Origin: Candidatus Nomurabacteria bacterium RIFCSPLOWO2_01_FULL_41_12
GTDB lineage: Bacteria; Patescibacteriota; Minisyncoccia; Phycocordibacterales; UBA9973
Direction: 5' to 3'
DNA length: 32,473 nt
Assembly (NCBI GenBank): GCA_001787035.1
Contig: MFUY01000011.1
Location: 1-32,473 of the forward strand
Numbering within the stretch: position 1 is the stretch's first letter; the number at the start of each line of letters is the position of its first letter. The position numbers and the translations under genes were made by a program. Shown here in pieces: positions 26,002 to 32,473 of this stretch. The notes under the pieces are model-generated. The model saw only the letters and a program-made list of their open reading frames with translations. It had not been told where the DNA came from and did no database searches.

Positions 26002-28259
26002 AAAATAAAATTTTACAACTGATCAAGATTTTTGCCATTGTGTTTTTGATATTTTTATTTTCAAATCTAAATTTTTTCTTTGGTTCGCGCCCGGCGTGGA
26101 AAGATAATCCAGGATTGATTATGGCCAGAAATATTCATGATTACTGCCTAAAGAACGCAAGTCTTTCTAAAGGCAAAGACAATTGTTATGCGGAGGAATT
26201 TAAAAAGCTCGGTGAGCAAAATGGGGACGTTTTTAGTTTTAAAGTTTTAGATAGTCTGCAGAGAATTGACCCAGATGCTATTGGTTGCCATTTGATTGCC
26301 CATGGTATTGGCACAGGTTCATATAAAAGAGAACCGGAAAATTGGCGCATCTTGGTACAGAACATAAACAGCAGCTGCAGTTATGGAGCTCCTCATGGAG
26401 TTTTGGAAAGTTATGTTCTTACTTTACCAGAGAAAAGCCTGAGCAAAGATGTAATTCCTACTATCTGCGGCGAGGCTCCACGGGCTGACTGCAACCATAT
26501 CATCGGACATTTGCTTTTAGTCCAAACTGACGCTGACGTAAGTAAAGCCTTAAATTTATGCGAGGTATTTACCGACCCACGGCAGAATAATTTTTGCATA
26601 TCAGGAGTATTTATGGAGTATCAAACTGCGCTTAATTTAGTCGCGCATGATTTGGTTCCAAAGTCTTGGCTCAATTGGCCACCCAGACTAGGAGAATTAG
26701 AAAAATTATGCCGTTCTTATAGCGGCAAGTATGCCGAAGGATGCTGGGAGGAGATAGTTCATGTAGCGTTGGTAAAGTTTAACAACGATGCAAAGACGAT
26801 TTTTGATTTTTGTAGTACAGCCCAAGTTCCCAACGGAGCGAAAAGATGTAAAAGGCATTCAATCGGGATTATCGGCGCGTCGCGGAATTTTAATCTTGCC
26901 AGCTTGAAATCAATCTGCAGTCTTCCACAAAAGAATGACCCTAGTTTTGAAGAAGAGTGTTATACAGCGCTGGTTTCAAGCGCGCTTTCTACCATACCTT
27001 CCATTGTTCCCGAAGCAACTTCATTTTGCCAGAGTTTAGAAAAACAATTTCAGTCTTCTTGTCTTTCCATGGTTGACGCTATATCAGGTAAGGTTTATGT
27101 TAAAGGTTCCGGTAAAATTATAGCTCTTCAGGCTACGCAAGATAAGGATAAAATAGTGAAATTTTCTCCCGATGAATTTAAAATTTTATGGCCGAAAGCC
27201 TTATTTAAAATAGGCTCACAGAAAGACAATACTTTAAATAGCGAAATTGTGAGTATTAAAACTGTGCGAAACATAGATGAACAAGTTAAATTATATACAA
27301 AATTGATTGAAAGAGTGGGGCCAGAGCAGGCCCAAGAAGACCTTTTGCGTTCCGGATTACCTTTTGACGGGCAAACGCATCTTCTCAACCATACAGTGGG
27401 AGATTATTTATATTTAAAATACGGCGTAGCTGGGCTCTCACAATGTAAAGACTACTTTCTGTCTTCCTGTTACCATGGTTTTATCTTGCACGCGATAGCG
27501 GACGGTGGCATGAATAAAGTAGCTGAAGTTTTCGCTTCTTGTTATAAAGAAGGCTCGACCGTTTATATCCAATGCACTCACGCCATCGGCCACGGCTTTT
27601 TAGCGAATGCGGGTTATAAAAATTTAACGCAAGCCTTAAAAATTTGTGATGAAGCAATCAGTACCATACCGAACTTCCCGGCTTTTAATTGTTATGACGG
27701 AGTATTTATGGAAAATATTTGGGCAGTGCACGATGGCAAGCCTTCCCCAGACCGATGGATCAAGGAAGATGACATGGAGTACCCTTGTAATGACAAGCGG
27801 ATAGATGCTAAATATCTATTTGGCTGTTGGTCTAACCAGCCTTCTTTGGTCTTTCAGCTCTCCGGAGGTGATATCAAAAAAGTAGCAGATGTTTGTAGTA
27901 AAATAAAAAATTCTGGCTATCAAGAAACATGTTTCAATGGTCTTGCCAGACAAATCCATCCATTGACCAGCGGGGAAGTTGGAAAAACATTTGAACTGTG
28001 TGGCTTGATGCCTAGTTTGAAGTGGAATAATTATTGTGTATTTGTTAATGCCACCTCCAGTTATTCAGTGGGGGACAGAACTACCCCATTTGCAATGTGT
28101 GCCAACATCAATGGAAATGAGAAACAGGATTGTTATAATCAACTGTTTTCCATTATGCGGAGTTATGCCAAGCCCGGGGAAGACATAAAAAAATTATGCT
28201 CAAAAGTTTTCGAAATAGAGTGGCGTAAAAAATGCGAGTTGAGCCAGATATCCGGCTAA
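25998..28259 (+). CDS. Membrane-anchored protein with two Cys/His-rich modules (paralogue P2)
   Basis: 753 aa; its ATG overlaps the P1 stop (ATGA). Module 1 has HLIAHGIG, CNHIIGH and CISGVFME. Module 2 has HLLNHTVG, CYHG, CTHAIGHG and CYDGVFME. Confidence 0.7.
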   Translation: MKNKILQLIKIFAIVFLIFLFSNLNFFFGSRPAWKDNPGLIMARNIHDYCLKNASLSKGKDNCYAEEFKKLGEQNGDVFSFKVLDSLQRIDPDAIGCHLIAHGIGTGSYKREPENWRILVQNINSSCSYGAPHGVLESYVLTLPEKSLSKDVIPTICGEAPRADCNHIIGHLLLVQTDADVSKALNLCEVFTDPRQNNFCISGVFMEYQTALNLVAHDLVPKSWLNWPPRLGELEKLCRSYSGKYAEGCWEEIVHVALVKFNNDAKTIFDFCSTAQVPNGAKRCKRHSIGIIGASRNFNLASLKSICSLPQKNDPSFEEECYTALVSSALSTIPSIVPEATSFCQSLEKQFQSSCLSMVDAISGKVYVKGSGKIIALQATQDKDKIVKFSPDEFKILWPKALFKIGSQKDNTLNSEIVSIKTVRNIDEQVKLYTKLIERVGPEQAQEDLLRSGLPFDGQTHLLNHTVGDYLYLKYGVAGLSQCKDYFLSSCYHGFILHAIADGGMNKVAEVFASCYKEGSTVYIQCTHAIGHGFLANAGYKNLTQALKICDEAISTIPNFPAFNCYDGVFMENIWAVHDGKPSPDRWIKEDDMEYPCNDKRIDAKYLFGCWSNQPSLVFQLSGGDIKKVADVCSKIKNSGYQETCFNGLARQIHPLTSGEVGKTFELCGLMPSLKWNNYCVFVNATSSYSVGDRTTPFAMCANINGNEKQDCYNQLFSIMRSYAKPGEDIKKLCSKVFEIEWRKKCELSQISG

Positions 28260-28335
28260 AATTCTGGCGCCTTCGCCCTCGGAGACAAAGGACAGGGAAC
28301 CCACGACGCTGAGAATTTCACCGGATATCTGGCTC
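28241..28335. repeat. ~25-bp inverted repeat whose left arm is the last codons of P2
   Basis: GAGCCAGATATCCGGCTAAAATTCT (28241-28265) pairs with GAGAATTTCACCGGATATCTGGCTC (28311-28335). Fifteen bp are perfect and 7 more pair. It encloses a GC-rich spacer of about 45 nt. Confidence 0.6.
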
Positions 28336-28343
28336 TAAATTAT

Positions 28344-28459
28344 AAAATTCTTGAAACATAATTTTTCGCAGGGTTTTGAGCGCGACGGCGCGAGAACTTC
28401 AGGATTTTTTAAGCTTCAAAAAATCCGTACCAAAGAGAAATTGATGTTTTTAGAATTTT
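28344..28459 (+). repeat. Nested palindromic intergenic element, copy D
   Basis: The core at 28370-28431 matches copy A at 60 of 62 positions. Copy-specific imperfect arms are 28344-28367 and 28435-28459. It lies between convergent genes. Confidence 0.85.
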
Positions 28460-28460
28460 G

Positions 28461-28961
28461 TTATTCCTCGGCTACTGGCACGATCTGCCACTTACCTCCA
28501 CCCAAGCCGTTGCCATTTACGTCGCCGGGAATTTTGTCTCCTATGTAATAATACACCGGCTGTATGCCATAAGCATATTGGCGCGTTCCATCGCTCCTTT
28601 TAGCGGCGTTTAACTTTTTATCCAGAGGATTGGTCATAGTTGCAAAGTTTTGCGTAGTGTCCCACATAAATGGAGGCCAATTTTTTACACAATCCCCGGC
28701 ACAAGTACTCTTGAGCCTTTCATCATCTTTAAATGCATAGAGTGTCATCCCTTCTGAGTCTGTCAGATATACTCCAAGTTTTTCACTTTTTACATAACCG
28801 ACAACCTTACCAGCCACTAAATTAAGACCAGGCACCTCATCTTCGTCTATGGTCGCACTACCCCCATTTTGTACTCTCGGTGTTTTGTTTAAGAAAAATA
28901 TTAATCCCCCAATTAACACTAAAACTATTACAAACGCACTAATTATATTTTTATTTTCCAT
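28461..28961 (-). CDS. Secreted or membrane-anchored COG4315 / Lipoprotein_15-repeat protein
   Basis: TM helix, then LTDSEGMTLYAFKDD...CAGDCVKNWPPF and GIQPVYYYIGDKIPGDVNGNG..GKW. The ATG at 28961 is preferred over 29030, which would overlap the divergent promoter. Confidence 0.65.
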   Translation of the reverse strand: MENKNIISAFVIVLVLIGGLIFFLNKTPRVQNGGSATIDEDEVPGLNLVAGKVVGYVKSEKLGVYLTDSEGMTLYAFKDDERLKSTCAGDCVKNWPPFMWDTTQNFATMTNPLDKKLNAAKRSDGTRQYAYGIQPVYYYIGDKIPGDVNGNGLGGGKWQIVPVAEE

Positions 28962-29023
28962 ACCTATATAATAACGCTTTTTTGATTTTTTGCAGACATA
29001 ACACTGTGGATAACTCCCCTTGA

Positions 29024-29052
29024 TTGACAAATAGGTTTTTTAAGAGTATAAT
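29024..29052 (+). promoter_or_regulatory. Perfect consensus sigma-70 promoter
   Basis: TTGACA (29024-29029), a 17-nt spacer, then TATAAT (29047-29052). GGAGG at 29104-29108 lies 6 nt before the ATG at 29115. Confidence 0.55.
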
Positions 29053-29114
29053 GGCGATTGAGAAGGGGCGTTCTGTCCCTCGCTCATCGTCAATAGAAGA
29101 ATTGGAGGTGACCC

Positions 29115-30329
29115 ATGGGTCGCTACAGCTGGCTTTTCGTCGTCGTGCTGGCGACCGTGTTGGTCGCCGCTTGCAGTGAGCCTTACAAGCCCACTGCGCC
29201 GTCGTCGCCCTCTTCGTCTCTCACGTCAGGCGTTTGGTTTGCGCCTGGTACGTCGGAAATGGCGTCGGTGCACGATGTGGAACCGGAACCGGCACCCTTG
29301 CCGACCCCGGAACCGGAACCGGCACCCTTGCCGGCACCGGAGCCGACCGTCGTGCATCCTGGCACCGTCACGGACGTCGCTGGCAAGCCCATCGGGGGTG
29401 TCAAGGTGATGTTCCTTGACGGACTCAACGTTGGCAAGTTCACGTTTACGAATGCCGACGGTGACTATGTTGGCGCGTATGCGTTTACCGATGCGTTGGT
29501 CGGAAACGCGAACCTATCAGCCACGAAGGTTGGGTACGCAGAGCAGATCCTTGGCATCTACGTTGACGGCATCAACACGCTTGATTTCGTGCTGAGCGCT
29601 ATGTCGACACAGTCCCCGAGGGCTGTGGACGACAACTACACCGTCCAGCTCGGCACGGTTCTGAATGTTCCGGCCCCTGGAGTCCTGGCGAACGACTCTA
29701 TTCCGGCGGGAATGACGGTTACGGCATCATTCCCGCCACCGAGGCCACCAGGGACCTTGACCAACACTGGGGGTGGGGGGTTTACGTATAACCCCATCGT
29801 TGACCCTCAGAACCCGCCTGTCGTGCGGTTTCAATACCTGATCCAAACAGCGGCTGGAGCAATCAATGGAGCAACCGTGACGGTTAACTTCGTTGTTGAT
29901 CCTACAAAGCCAACCATCAGCATCAGGGAGGTGCTGCCGGCGAGCCCTGCGGGGCCGCTGCCACGTGGGAACTTGAGCACGGTTCGAGTTCTTCTGCATT
30001 TCGAGCAAAACAACTGGGCCGGGACGGACAGGATGACCGCTTGGCTCTGCGGGGCTGATGATCGTCCGAGTATGATCATCCGGACCAGTTGTCAGGCGAA
30101 CAGCGTGAGCAGGCAGTCGCCGGACTTGTACCTCAACCCCACGCTGGGGCTCCGGGGCCCGTCTGACTGCGGAATCGTCAAGGTCACGCGGCTCGTGGCG
30201 TTCCTCACGCCGACGAACGAGACGCCACATGTGCCCTCGCCTACGGATCCTTACAAGTCTGAGGTGGGGATCACTATGTGGGCTCGCGCTGAGCGAGCCG
30301 TCGACTGGACCTATCAGCCGTGCAATTAG
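29115..30329 (+). CDS. High-GC lipoprotein with PEPEPAPLP repeats, a CarboxypepD_reg-like segment and an adhesin-type Ig/cadherin-like motif
   Basis: Lipobox LVAAC. GTVTDVAGKPIGGVKVMF...NADGDY and VDDNYTVQLGTVLNVPAPGVLANDS are present. Third codon positions are GC-rich, unlike every neighbouring gene. Confidence 0.75.
   Translation: MGRYSWLFVVVLATVLVAACSEPYKPTAPSSPSSSLTSGVWFAPGTSEMASVHDVEPEPAPLPTPEPEPAPLPAPEPTVVHPGTVTDVAGKPIGGVKVMFLDGLNVGKFTFTNADGDYVGAYAFTDALVGNANLSATKVGYAEQILGIYVDGINTLDFVLSAMSTQSPRAVDDNYTVQLGTVLNVPAPGVLANDSIPAGMTVTASFPPPRPPGTLTNTGGGGFTYNPIVDPQNPPVVRFQYLIQTAAGAINGATVTVNFVVDPTKPTISIREVLPASPAGPLPRGNLSTVRVLLHFEQNNWAGTDRMTAWLCGADDRPSMIIRTSCQANSVSRQSPDLYLNPTLGLRGPSDCGIVKVTRLVAFLTPTNETPHVPSPTDPYKSEVGITMWARAERAVDWTYQPCN
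29280..29339 (+). repeat. 30-bp tandem duplication inside the high-GC gene
   Basis: GAACCGGAACCGGCACCCTTGCCGACCCCG and GAACCGGAACCGGCACCCTTGCCGGCACCG match at 28 of 30 positions. They encode EPEPAPLPTP and EPEPAPLPAP. Confidence 0.85.
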
Positions 30330-30359
30330 GCTGACAGGTAGTTAGACGGGAGAAAACAA

Positions 30360-30385
30360 GGGCCGGGGCGCGAGCGCCCCGGCCC
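30360..30385 (+). terminator. GC-only hairpin after the high-GC gene, with no U-tract
   Basis: GGGCCGGGGCG-CGAG-CGCCCCGGCCC forms an 11-bp stem with a tetraloop. It is followed by GAGGAGG rather than a T run. Confidence 0.4.
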
Positions 30386-30488
30386 GAGGAGGCAATGTGA
30401 ATATCAAAGATAATATCAAAACGTCGTTAAGACCCTTAGGGAGCACTGGCGGCTTTTTAATTTCAATAAAGTATTGTACTATCAATTT

Positions 30489-32473
30489 GTGAGTAATAAA
30501 CTTAAAAATATCGTTTCTAATCAAAAGGACTTATTTTTGTTTTTCGGGATAATCCTAATTTTGGGCATTTTTTTGTTTCAAGATAGTCCAAAAAATAAAT
30601 TTACTGTGCGTAACAGTTATCCTGAACTTTCATTTTTACAAGGCAAGAATTTTAATTTTGCCGAAAACTCAAAGTTTTTTGCGAAGTTGGCTCAAGACCA
30701 AGGCGGAGAGTATGCTTATAAGGCATTAGCATATGCGACAACGCGTTCCATTTTCCCTGCAAATATTGACACTCATTTATTAGGCCATGTGGTTGGGGAT
30801 GAATTATTTAAACAAAAAGGTCTTTTCGGTATGCAATTTTGCACTGATGACCTGCGCAATGCCTGCTCTCATTCTATTGTGGTTGGCGGGCTTCTGGCTG
30901 AAGGGATAGACGCGATAAATAAAATGGTGGGAGTTTGTAAGGGAGCACCCGGTGGTAAAGGAGCGTATCGTATGTGTGTGCATGGCTTGGGCCATGGTGT
31001 TTTGGCTTTTACCGACTACGATATGCGTAAAGCCGTTGATCTTTGCAAGCCTATCGCTACCACTTCGGAATATTCTAATATGGAGTTCGTGGAGTGCATC
31101 GGTGGTATTACTATGGAGATGATGGCTGGGGTGAATGATAAGCAGGCTTGGGAAAAACAAAAAGTTAACTATTTCAAATCTAATGACCCATTAGCCCCCT
31201 GCAATTTAGGTTTTATCCCGGAAAAAGCGGTCCATATCTGTTACACTTTTTTAACACCCCATTTATTTGAAAGCGCCGGGATAAATCCAGGAGCGCCCCC
31301 CCTTCCTATGCATCTTAAAAAAGCTTTTACTTTTTGTGAAAAAATTCCTGAAAATGAAGGTCGCAATCGGGAATCCTGCTTTGGTGGTTTTGGCAAGGAA
31401 TTCGTGGTGCTGGCAAATGAACGCAATGTGCAGAGCGTGGAGAATATGGATAGTGGAAAATTGGCTAAAATTGACGAGTGGTGTAATCTGGCTATAGATG
31501 AGGGTATAAAGCCGTGCCTTTATTCAGCGCTCCAGTCTTTATTTTGGGGCGGGGAAAATAAAAGGGATGTGGCTATTAGATTTTGCTCTATTATGGAGGA
31601 TAAACAAAAACAAACTTTCTGTTTTGAGAATTTAATTGGGGCAGTGTCTTATTATATTGTTGATGCTAAATATCGCGCGGAATTTTGTTCAGAAATCCCG
31701 GAAGGCTATCGCACAGAATGTAAATCAAAACTGGAGTTGAAAGAGCCGGCAAGATTAATTTCAAATAAAGTGTTTTTTGACTTTAATAAAATTAGAGTGA
31801 CTGAAAATGAGAAATATCAAAGATACGCCGATCAGATTTTAAAATTGTGTGGTGATAAAAATTACCGACCCGCTTGTTATGATGAAGAAATCCCTAAATT
31901 GATGGATTCTATCTCAATGGAAGATGCGTTTAAAGTTACCAAATTGGTGCAAAAGCAGGATTCGGAATATCTTTATTGCCATGTTTTAGCCCATAACTTA
32001 AGTGCCCAGGAAGTGGCTAAAAATCCCGATAATTGGAAAGATGTGGTGATTAGGTGTCCTTCAGGCACGTGTTCAAACGGCTGTATTCACGGTGGATTCC
32101 AAGAACGTTTTCGGGCTGAATCATTTTCAGCAGAGCAGATTGAGGTCCTAGTTCCAGATTTAAAAATATTATGCGAACCAAGAGGCTTATGGAAGCCGAC
32201 AGGGCTTGAACAAGGGTCTTGCTATCACGCTTTAGGGCATTTGACTATGTATTTAACCGCGGCCGATATTGATACATCGCTCAAGCTTTGTGATAGAGTG
32301 GCTCTACCGTTTTTACAGCTTTGTTATGATGGGGCTTTTATGCAGATTTCCCAGCCACTAGAACCTGAGGATTTTGCTTTGATTGCCGGAAAAGAAGTGA
32401 AAAAAGAAAAATTGAAAGATTTTTGTTCAAATTTCAAAGGGAAACAGAAAAGTTCCTGCTGGAGCGAGGGCTG
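30489..32473 (+). CDS. Membrane-anchored protein with two Cys/His-rich modules (paralogue P3); the 3' end lies outside the window
   Basis: It is absent from the ORF track because it has no stop in the window. The frame is open from 30414. A GTG at 30489 gives VSNKLKNIVSNQKDLFLFFGIILILGIFLF, a TM helix. Motifs are HLLGHVVG, CSHS, CVHGLGHG, ECIGGITME, then HVLAH, CIHGG, CYHALGH and CYDGAFMQ. Confidence 0.65.
   Translation, partial: MSNKLKNIVSNQKDLFLFFGIILILGIFLFQDSPKNKFTVRNSYPELSFLQGKNFNFAENSKFFAKLAQDQGGEYAYKALAYATTRSIFPANIDTHLLGHVVGDELFKQKGLFGMQFCTDDLRNACSHSIVVGGLLAEGIDAINKMVGVCKGAPGGKGAYRMCVHGLGHGVLAFTDYDMRKAVDLCKPIATTSEYSNMEFVECIGGITMEMMAGVNDKQAWEKQKVNYFKSNDPLAPCNLGFIPEKAVHICYTFLTPHLFESAGINPGAPPLPMHLKKAFTFCEKIPENEGRNRESCFGGFGKEFVVLANERNVQSVENMDSGKLAKIDEWCNLAIDEGIKPCLYSALQSLFWGGENKRDVAIRFCSIMEDKQKQTFCFENLIGAVSYYIVDAKYRAEFCSEIPEGYRTECKSKLELKEPARLISNKVFFDFNKIRVTENEKYQRYADQILKLCGDKNYRPACYDEEIPKLMDSISMEDAFKVTKLVQKQDSEYLYCHVLAHNLSAQEVAKNPDNWKDVVIRCPSGTCSNGCIHGGFQERFRAESFSAEQIEVLVPDLKILCEPRGLWKPTGLEQGSCYHALGHLTMYLTAADIDTSLKLCDRVALPFLQLCYDGAFMQISQPLEPEDFALIAGKEVKKEKLKDFCSNFKGKQKSSCWSEG

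Noticed and set aside
29176-30230. Multiple alternative-frame and antisense ORFs inside the high-GC gene (for example 29183-29443 and 29727-30230).
   Set aside because: Long stop-free shadow frames are expected in GC-rich DNA. Their products are Arg/Pro/Gly-rich and lack motifs. The 29115-30329 frame has a lipobox, an SD and recognisable domain motifs.
1-32473. An alternative genetic code (UGA recoding, as in some candidate phyla).
   Set aside because: Conserved genes are full length under the standard code, and TGA serves as a stop, for example for livM and P1.

Overview
AT-rich, tightly packed bacterial window. The gene content and style resemble a reduced-genome Patescibacteria/CPR-like organism, but that is inference only. 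The standard genetic code fits, since TGA is used as a stop. Recognisable genes include a soluble histidine-kinase core, DUF2156, a DksA/TraR zinc finger, comM/yifB, a small ORF plus lexA behind an SOS box, TrmB, and livKHMGF. Also present are hup, rny, clpP, argH plus an amidohydrolase, tig, hppA and nusA. No rRNA, tRNA, CRISPR array, transposase or integrase was seen. Five things stand out. (1) An intergenic repeat family has a conserved 62-nt two-hairpin core nested inside copy-specific ~24-bp inverted repeats; there are four copies and one possible relic, mostly at liv intercistronic junctions. (2) Short GC-rich palindromic or duplicated segments lie in frame inside housekeeping genes; one 44-bp segment is shared by the kinase and nusA, and others are in comM and tig. 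(3) Three membrane-anchored paralogues carry five copies of a Cys/His-rich module; one also has a cupredoxin-like domain, and a COG4315-like gene lies in the cluster. (4) A ~1.3-kb high-GC island splits that cluster; it encodes a lipoprotein expressed from a perfect consensus promoter. (5) A TM sensor, a 92-aa ORF and the kinase core lie in one reading frame, separated only by stop codons. All coordinates and motif calls were made by eye and no database search was run.
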